A stretch of 64,000 nt of DNA, taken from an uncultured bacterium. Lineage in GTDB: Bacteria; Desulfobacterota_D; UBA1144; Nemesobacterales; UBA2774. The notes beneath the pieces were generated by a model. That model was not told the DNA's origin. It searched no databases and was given only the letters and a program-made list of their open reading frames with translations. The position numbers and the translations under genes are program-made. Below, piece after piece: positions 31,775-41,508 of this stretch. Position 1 is the first letter of the stretch. Each line of letters begins with the position of its first letter. The DNA is taken from the NCBI GenBank assembly GCA_963825135.1, contig CAWGRW010000009.1, positions 224,001 through 288,000 on the forward strand. The letters run 5' to 3'.

Positions 31775-32829
31775 CAGCCGGCCGCCTCCCTCACTCCCGC
31801 GTCGACATCCTCGCCGTCGTCCCTTATCTCGTCGGTGATCCACTTTGTGTTGAGGAACACCTCGGGGTTGCCGGGCTTCCTCGGCCTCTCTATCTCTATG
31901 TCGTGCTCCGACTTGATCCTCCCCGGGTTCTTCGTGAATACGAGCACCCTGTCCCCGAGTATTACAGCCTCCTCCACGTTGTGAGTAACAAAAATAATCG
32001 TCTTATGCGATTCCACCCAGATTCTCTGGAGCTCTTCCTGGAGTGATTCCCTCGTCTGTATGTCGAGTGCGGCGAAGGGCTCGTCCATGAGCAGTATCGA
32101 GGGCTCCATGACGAGCGCCCTCGCGAGCGCGACGCGCTGCTTCATGCCCCCCGAGAGCTGATGGATATACGATTTGTGGAACTTCTCGTCGAGCCCTACG
32201 AGCTTCAGGTAATCGTACGCGAGCTCTCTTCTTATCTTTTGCGTAACCCTTCTCAGCTTGAGTCCGAATTCGACGTTCTCGACCACCGTAAGCCAGGGGA
32301 AAAGCGCGCCCTCCTGGAACACGACGACCCTGTCGGCGCCCGGGCCTTCCACGCGCTTGCCGTCTGAGAGTATCCGCCCGCTCGTGGGCTTGTCGAGCCC
32401 CGCGATCATGTTGAGGAGAGTCGATTTCCCGCACCCGGATGACCCCACTATCGAGACGAACTCCCCGTCCCGGATCGTGATGTTGATATCGCCGAGGGCG
32501 GCAACCTTCCCCTCTTTCGTGCTGAAAACTTTCGAGACGTTTTCCACCCTGAGCCTCGCCTCTTTCTTCTCTATCTTCTGAATGAATATGTTCCACAACC
32601 CCTCCTGCTCGATGACCCGGTAGGGATACCCCCTCCTCTCGCAGAACCTGGGCGCGTTCTCGAGCGCCGTAGGCTCGTGGTCGGATATCGCGAGAAGCAC
32701 CGCGTCGTCGTCGAGCGCCCTTACGGTGTCCCTTATCACGTTCAGGGGATGAGGGCAAATCGCGTCCCTTAAATCCACTACCCTGTCGGGCTTGAGCACC
32801 TCTAATCTTTTAACTGTTTCCAAATGCAT
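31774..32829 (-). CDS. ABC ATPase (SsuB/TauB/NrtD-like) with N-terminal TusA-like sulfur-carrier domain
   Basis: VDLRDAICPHP...ISDHEP...PRFCERRGY...IFIQK fused in frame to GSSGCGKST, LSGGMKQR, LMDEPF. Confidence 0.88.
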   Translation of the reverse strand: MHLETVKRLEVLKPDRVVDLRDAICPHPLNVIRDTVRALDDDAVLLAISDHEPTALENAPRFCERRGYPYRVIEQEGLWNIFIQKIEKKEARLRVENVSKVFSTKEGKVAALGDINITIRDGEFVSIVGSSGCGKSTLLNMIAGLDKPTSGRILSDGKRVEGPGADRVVVFQEGALFPWLTVVENVEFGLKLRRVTQKIRRELAYDYLKLVGLDEKFHKSYIHQLSGGMKQRVALARALVMEPSILLMDEPFAALDIQTRESLQEELQRIWVESHKTIIFVTHNVEEAVILGDRVLVFTKNPGRIKSEHDIEIERPRKPGNPEVFLNTKWITDEIRDDGEDVDAGVREAAG

Positions 32830-32851
32830 CTTCCTTCCTCGCGTTAGACGT

Positions 32852-33910
32852 TTATTTTGCTGCTGTCTGACCGCTTTCGGCCTTGATCTCTTTAAGTCCT
32901 TTATCCTTGAGAATCCCATTCAATATCGAAAGGTCGTAAATGTTCGAGAGGTCGGGTTCTTTCCTTCCCAGAAATCCGAGCTTGTAAGCGTCCTCCGCGG
33001 AGGAGTAAAGAGAGCTTGCAATCGGGTCGTATGTGAATTCAATTCTCTTGATCGCCGCATCGAGTATATTCGGAGGTATAGCCTTCCCGGTCTCCCTCTT
33101 TATCTCATCGTTGAGGACCTTCTTGGCCTCCTCCCGGTTATTGTTTATCCAGTCCGTGAGCTGAAGGTTCGTTTCGAGCCAAGTTTTAACGAGATCGGGG
33201 TGTTCTTTTAGAAACTTTGTGCTGACTATTATATGTGTGGTCACGTACTGACCGTTCGGCCAGAGCTCCTTCTCGTCGAGGAACAGCTCTCCCCCGCCGT
33301 CGTATATGAGCCTCGACACCCAGGGCTCGACAGTCCACGCGCCGTCTATCTCCTTTTTAATGAACAGAGTGAGCTGGTCGGGATTTTCAAGCGGGATTAC
33401 CTCCACAGTGCCGCCTTTTTCCTTGAGCTTGTACCCGTTCTCGCCGAGCCAGCTCCTCAAAGCCACGTCCTGGGTGTTCCCAATGCTCGGCGTCGCGAGC
33501 TTCTTACCGTTAAAGTCCTTGGCCGATGAAATACCGGCGTCCTTTCTCACAACCAGGCCCGCGCCCCCGCTTGCCGCGCCCGACACTATGCGTAACGCCT
33601 CACCGTCTGATTTTATGTATCCGTTGACGGCGGGATTGGGTCCTATGTACGTTATATCAAGCTCGCCCGCGAAGAGGGCTTCTATGGCGGAAGTCCCGGA
33701 ATTAAATAGCTTCCAGTCTATATCGGCCTTGTCCCCGAGCGCCTTCGCGAACTCACCGTTCGCCTGCCCTATAACCCCCTGGGCATGAGTGACGTTCGGG
33801 AAATGACCCGCGCGTATGGTTACCTTCGAATCCCCGGCGTGCGAGGTTTGCACCAATCCCGCAAGCCCCAGCAGAATCGCAGTAGTTAATAATAATGACC
33901 TTATCTTCAT
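32852..33910 (-). CDS. ABC substrate-binding protein (SsuA/TauA/NMT1-like)
   Basis: Signal peptide, GHFPNVTHAQ, YIGPNPA, ATPSIGNTQDVA, EPW. Confidence 0.9.
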   Translation of the reverse strand: MKIRSLLLTTAILLGLAGLVQTSHAGDSKVTIRAGHFPNVTHAQGVIGQANGEFAKALGDKADIDWKLFNSGTSAIEALFAGELDITYIGPNPAVNGYIKSDGEALRIVSGAASGGAGLVVRKDAGISSAKDFNGKKLATPSIGNTQDVALRSWLGENGYKLKEKGGTVEVIPLENPDQLTLFIKKEIDGAWTVEPWVSRLIYDGGGELFLDEKELWPNGQYVTTHIIVSTKFLKEHPDLVKTWLETNLQLTDWINNNREEAKKVLNDEIKRETGKAIPPNILDAAIKRIEFTYDPIASSLYSSAEDAYKLGFLGRKEPDLSNIYDLSILNGILKDKGLKEIKAESGQTAAK

Positions 33911-33950
33911 TTCCTTTTCCTCCTTAATCGATGTTAAGGGTGCTATAATG

Positions 33951-33965
33951 GCAAGACGCGTGCCA
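33951..33965 (-). promoter_or_regulatory. sigma54 (-24/-12) promoter of the ABC operon
   Basis: Minus strand TGGCAC-GCGTC-TTGC, a perfect consensus 40 bp upstream of the start codon. Confidence 0.85.
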
Positions 33966-34198
33966 TAAGCAAAATTCCCTTTAATTTAGAGCAATTCGTA
34001 TTGATTCAAGATTCCCATGTGGTTACTTAATAACCATTCAAAGGGTTACATGTTGCCCGCATGTATAATCCTTATACATCTCTTAGCAGACTGATATTAC
34101 GAAGATATATTGAAATCCCCTCATTTTCTTGACCATAAATCAGGCCTCCTTATACTCTGACTTAAGATAGCAACTAAAATCGAAAACGAGGTTCCAAT

Positions 34199-34615
34199 AT
34201 GAAGAGATCACTCGAAGGCGGATGCGCGTGCGGCGACATTCACTACAATGTAAGCGGTACGATAATAGACGCAGGTTATTGCCACTGCAGTATTTGCAGG
34301 CGCGCAAGCGGCGCGCCCGTCGTCGCCTGGTTTACAGTCCCCGTCGATTCCTTAACCTACGTGCAGGGAACGCCGTCTGTCTTCCATTCATCGTCGCACA
34401 GTCAGCGCGAGTTCTGCGGCGGATGCGGCACGCAGCTGTTATTCAGAAAGTCGGAAGGCCCCGTAACAGTGGACATCACGATAGCTAGTCTCGACGATCC
34501 GTCACTCATAGAGCCCGAGTATCACATATGGAGGGAGAGCCGGATACCGTGGTTCGAAACCGGGGACACACTCCCGCGTCACGACGACAGCGGACCGGAC
34601 AGTGACGGAATTTAA
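34199..34615 (+). CDS. GFA/CENP-V family protein
   Basis: GGCACG, CHCSICRR, FCGGCGT. Confidence 0.92.
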   Translation: MKRSLEGGCACGDIHYNVSGTIIDAGYCHCSICRRASGAPVVAWFTVPVDSLTYVQGTPSVFHSSSHSQREFCGGCGTQLLFRKSEGPVTVDITIASLDDPSLIEPEYHIWRESRIPWFETGDTLPRHDDSGPDSDGI

Positions 34616-34668
34616 TCAGAGTTAAAAATTCATGACCTCGAGCTTTCTATAAGATAGAAAAACCGGGC

Positions 34669-35763
34669 TTATAATTTCCCGCTAAGGCGCGCGACCGCTT
34701 CGCCGTATTCCGAGACGAGCATATGCACCAGCTCCGCAGCCGCGCATCTCCTCGCCATCGCCGAGCCCTGCCCGGCCCAGAGGGACATGAACTCGGGGTC
34801 GCCCTTCGCCCTCGACGCGTTCCTGATGGGCCTCGTGAGATAGTTCTGAACAGGATACGCCGGGACCTTGTTTTCCAACCCCGACATCTCGTCGTAAAAG
34901 CGGTTCCGTATCCCCCGCGCGTATTTCCCCGTATACACCCGTGTCAGTACAGTGCTTGTGTCGAGCGAGGTCCTGAGAGCTTCGAGCCAGGGCGCGGGGA
35001 CAGCCGCTTCCGTGCAGGCCAGGAACGCAGTGCCCATCTGCACCGCCGACGCTCCGAGCGCGAGCGCGGCCGCTATACCTCTGCCGTCCATTATTCCCCC
35101 CGAGCATACGACCGGTACTCCGACTCTATCCACGATCTGGGGCGTGAGCGACATGCTCCCTATGAGGGGCAATTCCCCGGCGCGGCCGAAAGAGCCCCTG
35201 TGCCCTCCCGCCTCGCTCCCCTGTGTGACAAGGGCGCCGCACCCCGCCTCTTCGAGCATCACTCCCTCGGCGGCACAGGTAGCCGTGCCGATGACCGCGA
35301 CTTTTCTTCTACGCATCTCCTTCATGTGCTTTCGCTTGGGCATTCCGAACGTGAAGCTGAATACCGGGACGTTGTTGTCGAGAATAACCCCGAGCTGCTC
35401 CTCGAACGTGAAGCCCTCGGCCGCCGCATCTCCCGGAAGCTCAGCTCCCAACCCGCCCGCGATCTCGCAGAGTCTCTTCAGCACCCTGGCCGGGGTTTTC
35501 CTGCGCGGGGTTTTCTCCGGTATAAACAGGTTTACTGCAAACGGCTTACCGGTGAGCGCGCGAATTTTCCCTATCGCGGAATCGATATCGTCCGGCGAGA
35601 GGTACCCGCCGGGGTAAGAGCCCAGGCCTCCCGCGTTTGACACAGCGGCGACCAATTCGGGCGTCGTCGGCCCGCCCGCCATCGGAGCCTGAATTATCGG
35701 ATGCTCAATCCCAATCATGTCGCGGAGTTTTCTTGTTTGCTCCGGCCAGGTATTTGAATTCAT
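34669..35763 (-). CDS. Nitronate monooxygenase family flavoprotein
   Basis: PIIQAPMAG, VSNAGGLG, QGSEAGGHRG, GGIMDG, SLWAGQ. Confidence 0.92.
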   Translation of the reverse strand: MNSNTWPEQTRKLRDMIGIEHPIIQAPMAGGPTTPELVAAVSNAGGLGSYPGGYLSPDDIDSAIGKIRALTGKPFAVNLFIPEKTPRRKTPARVLKRLCEIAGGLGAELPGDAAAEGFTFEEQLGVILDNNVPVFSFTFGMPKRKHMKEMRRRKVAVIGTATCAAEGVMLEEAGCGALVTQGSEAGGHRGSFGRAGELPLIGSMSLTPQIVDRVGVPVVCSGGIMDGRGIAAALALGASAVQMGTAFLACTEAAVPAPWLEALRTSLDTSTVLTRVYTGKYARGIRNRFYDEMSGLENKVPAYPVQNYLTRPIRNASRAKGDPEFMSLWAGQGSAMARRCAAAELVHMLVSEYGEAVARLSGKL

Positions 35764-35808
35764 GGTCTAGCCTCCGTACGACTTTCTGAAACATATATTT
35801 TACACGCT

Positions 35809-35970
35809 TTACATCGTCCGGCAGTAGATATATGTTTTTGCGAGCGGTTCAATACCGGCCTTTCGGTTATTGAGGAGCTCCTCGAACTCGCCCAAGACCG
35901 CGTAAGTCGCAAGAGTGGCATAGTGGCGCACGTTCAGGAACTCCCGCATTGCAGCGTTTAACTTAGACAT
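35809..35970 (-). pseudogene. Short ORF resembling the N-terminus of a PNPOx-like protein, truncated
   Basis: AGGAGG RBS; MSKLNAAMREFLNVRHYATLAT followed by unrelated sequence. Confidence 0.35.
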
Positions 35971-36070
35971 AGCTGCCCTCCTGATAATGGATTTATATGC
36001 TTTACTGCTTGCCCCCGAAACGCATTACCGGCCCTCACCCGCCAACCGCACGAGCCGTACGCCCGAAGCC

Positions 36071-36301
36071 TCATAAGTGCCGGGTTTCGGCAGGAGGCGA
36101 CGCCCAGTTATCGTCCCTCCCGTCCTCATAGCGGACCGGCGCCTCCGCGAGCTCGCCTGCAGTGGCATCGTCGAGGCACGCGACGTTGACCGCGTAGTAT
36201 TCGCCGGACAACGTCTCGCCGCCGAACGTAACATCCAGAATGGCCCGTCCGACGAATCGAACTGCGCCGCAGCGGCAGCTTCCATGATATGTCTTTCTCA
36301 T
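36071..36301 (-). pseudogene. GFA-family remnant with an internal deletion
   Basis: YHGSCRCGAVRF and AVNVACLD...DGRDDNW are kept; the central Cys motifs are missing. Confidence 0.7.
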
Positions 36302-36432
36302 CGATACTCCAACGATATAAATTTCATAAACATCCCGTCATTGCCGGTTATTTTTTTCTTCGGGCCGATAGCAAAGAAGGACGAGACCGTTGCCGAACGT
36401 CTTTGTGAATAGTTTTTTCATTTCAGGCCTGC

Positions 36433-36879
36433 TTATGAAATTTTTGAATACTGGTCCTTTAGCCCGCTCAGTAGCCATGCGTCCACGCTGTACGCCATCG
36501 GCCCCGCCAGAAGGATAACGAGCGAGCTCACCATCATGCTGAACGGGTATGAAGCACCCTTAAGAAAGCCGTTCGGGAGCGAGACGAGCGCCGCGACAAG
36601 CATATTGATAGTGATTGCGAAAGCGGCCGGCCTGGTGAGGAGCCCTACCATCAGCAATAATCCGCCGATGAACTCGGTATAGCAGCTCAGGTAAGCGAGG
36701 ATCGGGTGAATGCCCATATTGGTGACGAAGATATTTATAGTGGCTTCCATCCCCATGCCGCCGAACCATCCCAGGACCTTCCCGGCACCTGCCAGGAATA
36801 AGATTATGCCGACTGTCAACCTCAGCAGCAGTAAAGAGACGTTAAGCAGTTTCGTATTTGTAACCGTTAATAGATTCAT
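36433..36879 (-). CDS. DoxX-family membrane protein
   Basis: LLLRLTVG, EFIGGLLL..GLLTRPAA, GP..YSVD. Confidence 0.9.
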   Translation of the reverse strand: MNLLTVTNTKLLNVSLLLLRLTVGIILFLAGAGKVLGWFGGMGMEATINIFVTNMGIHPILAYLSCYTEFIGGLLLMVGLLTRPAAFAITINMLVAALVSLPNGFLKGASYPFSMMVSSLVILLAGPMAYSVDAWLLSGLKDQYSKIS

Positions 36880-37153
36880 TATCTAATCCTCCCGACTTCA
36901 GTCACTTAAGTCCTGTTAGTATACATATTTGTTTTATTTCTAAATGCGGACGCAACTCCTGCCCCGCCATGAACATACGACGAACAAACGCTCGAATAAT
37001 GGACAGTTTAATCGATTTTTTTTCCTACGCCCGAGGACTTTTTACGATTGATCCTCCGGCATGCGCATAGCCTAGTATAAAAAACATCTTACTTTCTCAT
37101 CCCGTAAGTGTTAAAATGTAAGTACATATATACAGGCCGGGGAGGTGATTTAC

Positions 37154-37312
37154 GTGAGGGAGGACATAGATATAAGGCTTCTCGATTACTTTTATTTCGA
37201 CCACTCCGAAGTGGACAAGGCGCATAGTCTCGTCATCATTCAGGAAGAACCGGCATACGACCCCAATCAATCCAGCGATCAACGCGCATCCGAAGCGGAC
37301 GATAAACATTAG
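37154..37312 (+). CDS. Putative 52-aa acidic small protein
   Basis: GGGAGGTGA RBS then GTG; MREDIDIRLLDYFYFDHSEVDKAHSLVIIQEEPAYDPNQSSDQRASEADDKH*. Confidence 0.45.
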   Translation: MREDIDIRLLDYFYFDHSEVDKAHSLVIIQEEPAYDPNQSSDQRASEADDKH

Positions 37313-37393
37313 AGCAGGTGTTTAGCTAAAATTCCTCTATTGACGCAACGTCTCTGAACGGAAAACGGGCGTTTCAAGACTTGTTTGATCCGG

Positions 37394-37999
37394 TTACTGA
37401 ACAAACGGACTAAAAAACACTTCCACCCCGATGAAATCGACGGGCAAATCACTTCTCGGCACCGAAACTATATCGTACGGGTATCCGGGACCGGGCGGAG
37501 GAATGTCGCTAATCTTATCTTCTATAACGACTACAAGCTCGGCACCGAATTCCAGAACCGCCTCTATGGTGGTTCCGAACTCCGCGAAATCCCGAGTTGA
37601 AACGAGAACCATATTGTTATCGAAATCGACGTCTGGCAGATCGAAGGACGAGAAAAAACAGCTGTTCCTGAACCTGTTCCAGTCTTGAGCCGTTTTAATT
37701 ACCAATTGACTCTGCTCGATCGGACAATCATGCGGACCCGGCTCGATGATAGCAGTCCCATGCGAAATATCATCTATATCGAGTTCCCCCTCAAACCCCG
37801 GCATCCCCTCCTCTTCCGCGATGACCTCTTCCACCGTCCGGTCGGTCACGACTGTCGTGCTCCCTCCGGCATTCGGATCGAAGCACGGGTCTGACGAGGT
37901 CGGCAAGTAGCAGTCATTCTTTGCGTCGTTATTATCGTTACCATCATTACAGCCGAGCATTAAGAAGACAAACGGAATGACGAATAAATATTTTCTCAT
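37394..37999 (-). CDS. Lipoprotein with PrcB C-terminal-like domain
   Basis: MLGC lipobox; LPDVDFDNNMV...PY.IVSVPR. Confidence 0.7.
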   Translation of the reverse strand: MRKYLFVIPFVFLMLGCNDGNDNNDAKNDCYLPTSSDPCFDPNAGGSTTVVTDRTVEEVIAEEEGMPGFEGELDIDDISHGTAIIEPGPHDCPIEQSQLVIKTAQDWNRFRNSCFFSSFDLPDVDFDNNMVLVSTRDFAEFGTTIEAVLEFGAELVVVIEDKISDIPPPGPGYPYDIVSVPRSDLPVDFIGVEVFFSPFVQ

Positions 38000-38383
38000 G
38001 ACAATCCCCCCTCGTGGAGTCAGGGGCTCTACGCCAGTCCCCGTCTAAAATATTTCTTATATTATATTATACAAGGAATATTTGATAATTTAAATTACCT
38101 CTTAGAATCCCGCTGATTGTCTCGAAAGTGCTATCTATCAAAGTGTAGTTTGGAGGGATAACCGGGGCTGGGCTTAGCCATTGAATATTACAAAATCTCC
38201 TCTTTAATGCGCGCTTCGCGCGATCGAGCGCCCCTCTCTCTCCTTAGCATCAAAAAAAACGCCCATTCCCTTGCCGGCGTGAATCCGAACTTTAAAAACA
38301 AAAAAGAGGTAAGGGAATGGGTTATTTTTACGCCGGGGCGAGGGGCTCCGATGAGTCCCGACCCCGGTGTCGTATCTATATGT

Positions 38384-39949
38384 CTATTTAAAGAACTGGT
38401 CGATGAAGACCATCAGCCTGCCCTGAACGGTATACGGCGTTTCGTTATAGCTGACGCCGTCCGAATCGATCTCGTTAGCGGCAAGGGTGTTAGCCGCCTG
38501 AGCCTCGAGCAGCGTATCCAGGCTGTTGCCGGGGAATACGATGCCGCCGATAAGGTCCAGGTTGACACCGGGGTACATATGCCACGTGAGCGTTCCCTCG
38601 ACTTCCGTACCCATATACGTATTGATGCTGTCTACACCCGGGTACGGATTCTTTGTCTCTTCGTTGAAGGCCACAAGCACCTGGGGCGTGAACGACAGCT
38701 CGTCGATCAGCTTGACCGTCCCCCAGAGCCTTGCATAGTACGCGTTATAAACGCTGCTCTCGACCTGATATATATTCGGTATCATGTTCTTGAAGAGCAG
38801 GTTGTCAAGGTTGTAAGCGGGGTTGAAGTACACTATCCCGCCCTCGAGCGAGCCCGAGCTGAGGTCGTCGCCCTTTGCCCAGCCGAATTCCGCGGCGATT
38901 ATCTTCATTGGCCATCCCGGATATACCTCCGCGCGGGTGGCGAACACTATGTTGGACGCATTTATATCCACGTCGCCCACTCCGTCAACTTTCAGCTTGC
39001 CCCAGACTCCGTCCATCTCGCCGACTAATCTGAAGAGGTCGGACTTGTAATCGATCAGGCCGGAATAAAGAACCAGCTGGTGGAGGTCAACGCCGCTGAC
39101 GGCGGCCCCGGAGTTAGGCGGAACGCCCGGATCGGTCCCGCTCGTCGGGAAGGTGCTGACGCCGTTCTGATGAATGTACGGGAACACGAAGCCGGCGACC
39201 GTCAGGTTGCCTCCCGCGACATTCGGGTTGTTGAAGATCAGGGCAGCGGCGCCGATATCGTAGCCGTTGCCGTTTCCGGTAACTACGCTGTTACCCCCGG
39301 TGAGTATGTCCGAGACAAATACGAAGGTTATGGACGAAGACCCTGCGGCGAAGGACTTCAGATAGAGGAACCTGTCGAATATGGTGCCAAGGTCCGAATA
39401 CGGGTCCCAGCCCCCGTTCAGATACATCCCGAGACCCCAGTCGAAGGGCTGACGCCCTACCCTGATGAACCCGAGGTCATGAGGCAGTACTATATCCGAA
39501 ATGAGGAACCGCACATCGAAGAACCCCGGGTCGTCTATGGCGTTGGGTCCGGTCAGGATCGCGCCCCTGAACCTGTCGCTGAAAGATAAGTTGGAATTGA
39601 CGACACCGTTACGTCCTCCCAATAACTGCGTCGTCGATCCGCCCCAGATGTTGTTGTCGAAGACGTTCAGCTGAGCCCTGATAACCACAGAGTCGCTGAG
39701 AACGAGCTGAGGGGTTAATCTCAGAGTCGTATCGGCGAAAAATATGTTGTCTTTGTTGTTGGAGAAACCGAGATCTATAGCGTTCTGATTGCTCAGGGCC
39801 GATATAAAGGTCGCGTTTCCGATGTAGCGCGCTCTGGTGCGCATGAAACTCGGGAAACCGCCCAGACTCAAATCAACTGCGAACGACGGCGCGGCCATAA
39901 AAAGAACCGCGATAAATACAATGAGCCGTTTGAATGTAACCATCTCCAT
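38384..39949 (-). CDS. Outer-membrane beta-barrel protein
   Basis: Signal peptide, GRQPFDWGLG, GTEVEG, alternating beta-strand pattern. Confidence 0.75.
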   Translation of the reverse strand: MEMVTFKRLIVFIAVLFMAAPSFAVDLSLGGFPSFMRTRARYIGNATFISALSNQNAIDLGFSNNKDNIFFADTTLRLTPQLVLSDSVVIRAQLNVFDNNIWGGSTTQLLGGRNGVVNSNLSFSDRFRGAILTGPNAIDDPGFFDVRFLISDIVLPHDLGFIRVGRQPFDWGLGMYLNGGWDPYSDLGTIFDRFLYLKSFAAGSSSITFVFVSDILTGGNSVVTGNGNGYDIGAAALIFNNPNVAGGNLTVAGFVFPYIHQNGVSTFPTSGTDPGVPPNSGAAVSGVDLHQLVLYSGLIDYKSDLFRLVGEMDGVWGKLKVDGVGDVDINASNIVFATRAEVYPGWPMKIIAAEFGWAKGDDLSSGSLEGGIVYFNPAYNLDNLLFKNMIPNIYQVESSVYNAYYARLWGTVKLIDELSFTPQVLVAFNEETKNPYPGVDSINTYMGTEVEGTLTWHMYPGVNLDLIGGIVFPGNSLDTLLEAQAANTLAANEIDSDGVSYNETPYTVQGRLMVFIDQFFK

Positions 39950-40352
39950 GCCTCCTTCAATTGGTTTTTATTTTCTTTACCGCTTCATCCCTTAAGCCCG
40001 CATCCATTGACTCTTCAAAAAAACATTTCTGTTATCGGGAATCTTCGAAGCGTCGCCACCCTTTGTAGCGCCATGAAAGTAATATGCCAATCGTATCCGC
40101 CTATAATCATTCAAATCATGAAAAAGACTCCTGTCATATGTCAGAAGATAGTACAAAAAACTGATTTCTGAATCCGCGGAATGGCCGAAAGTAAACCTTT
40201 GCCGGGAGCCGCAACTGGCCGCGTGCGAAATAAATCATTACCGGGCTCGCGGAATTGGATTGAAAACGGCTCCGATAAAACTTCACCGGAAATTGCCAAA
40301 TTAATCTTGGGTCTCTATAATCGTAAGAACAAATTAATTCAGGGGAGCCGTC

Positions 40353-41048
40353 ATGTTCGTCAGCCACAGGGAAAGACATAAAACGCAGCGCATAGGCTGG
40401 CTCCGCGCCGCCGTACTCGGGGCCAACGACGGGATCGTGTCCACTGCGAGCCTCGTCGTCGGGGTCGCGGCGTCAAACGCGACGCACCAGAGCGTCCTCA
40501 TCGCGGGCGTCGCGGGCCTCGTGGCAGGGGCCCTCTCCATGGCCGCGGGCGAGTATGTGTCCGTGAGCTCTCAGGCGGACACCGAGCAGGCCGACCTCGC
40601 GCGCGAGAGGGCGGAGCTCGCTACGGATATAGAGAGCGAGCGCGACGAGCTCACGTCCATATACATAGACCGGGGACTCGACCCCGGGCTCGCGAGGGAG
40701 GTCGCGCTCAAGCTCATGGAGAAGGACCCGCTCAAGGCGCACGCCCGTGACGAGCTCGGCATAACGGAAGCCGCGAGCGCGCGGCCGATCCAAGCGGCGC
40801 TGACGTCCGCGCTCACGTTCGCGGCGGGCGCGGCCCTGCCCCTTCTCGCAGCGCTCCTCGCTCCGCTGTCCCGTTCAGTCGTTATTGTTTCCGGGACCTC
40901 CCTCCTGTTCCTGGCGTTACTTGGCGCGCTGGCGGCGTACACGGGCGGCGCGTCCATACCGAAAGGCGCGCTCCGCGTCACGTTCTGGGGGGCGCTCGCC
41001 ATGGGCCTCACGGCGGGCGTAGGCGCGCTCTTCGGCGCATCCGTATGA
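40353..41048 (+). CDS. VIT1/CCC1-family Fe/Mn transporter
   Basis: WLRAAVLGANDGIVS, SMAAGEYVSVSSQ, HARDELG. Confidence 0.95.
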   Translation: MFVSHRERHKTQRIGWLRAAVLGANDGIVSTASLVVGVAASNATHQSVLIAGVAGLVAGALSMAAGEYVSVSSQADTEQADLARERAELATDIESERDELTSIYIDRGLDPGLAREVALKLMEKDPLKAHARDELGITEAASARPIQAALTSALTFAAGAALPLLAALLAPLSRSVVIVSGTSLLFLALLGALAAYTGGASIPKGALRVTFWGALAMGLTAGVGALFGASV

Positions 41049-41127
41049 AATACGAGTGAAGCTGCCGCCGGACTGATTATAAAATGGTTTCGGAAAAGGA
41101 AATGAATTCAGGAAAGGAGAAAAAATC

Positions 41128-41343
41128 ATGAAATCGTCCAACGTCGACCTTCTCGTTTTCCGCGTCGCCGGGATATTCGTTCTCGCGAGCCTGGCGCTCG
41201 GATACTTTGTCCATCCGGCATGGTTTTTGTTCACGGCCTTCGTCGGCCTGAATATGTTTCAGGCCTCATTCACCGGGTTTTGCCCTTTGGCCAAAGTATT
41301 GAAGAAGATGGGAGCCAAGCCCGGAGTCGCGTTCCCCGATTAA
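41128..41343 (+). CDS. DUF2892/YgaP-like small membrane protein
   Basis: [16 protein letters not shown]. Confidence 0.88.
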   Translation: MKSSNVDLLVFRVAGIFVLASLALGYFVHPAWFLFTAFVGLNMFQASFTGFCPLAKVLKKMGAKPGVAFPD

Positions 41344-41374
41344 TTTTACGATATTGTTCCGGGACACTCTCGTG

Positions 41375-41427
41375 ATGGGTTTGACGGCGGGCGTAGGCGC
41401 GCTCTTCGGCACGTCCGTCTGAATTAC
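41375..41427 (+). repeat. Imperfect direct repeat of the VIT1 gene 3' end (41001-41053)
   Basis: ACGGCGGGCGTAGGCGCGCTCTTCGGC identical in both copies; flanking codons and stop similar. Confidence 0.85.
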
Positions 41428-41508
41428 ATAACCCGGCAGTATTTTCAGGACATTATAAACCGGCCATAAATAGGCTTATAATTAGAAACCAAATCCAAGG
41501 AGGCCGTC

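Noticed and set aside
40075..40089. sigma54 promoter for the beta-barrel gene (TGGCAT-N5-TTTC)
   Set aside because: It lacks the conserved G of the -12 GC; too weak to call.
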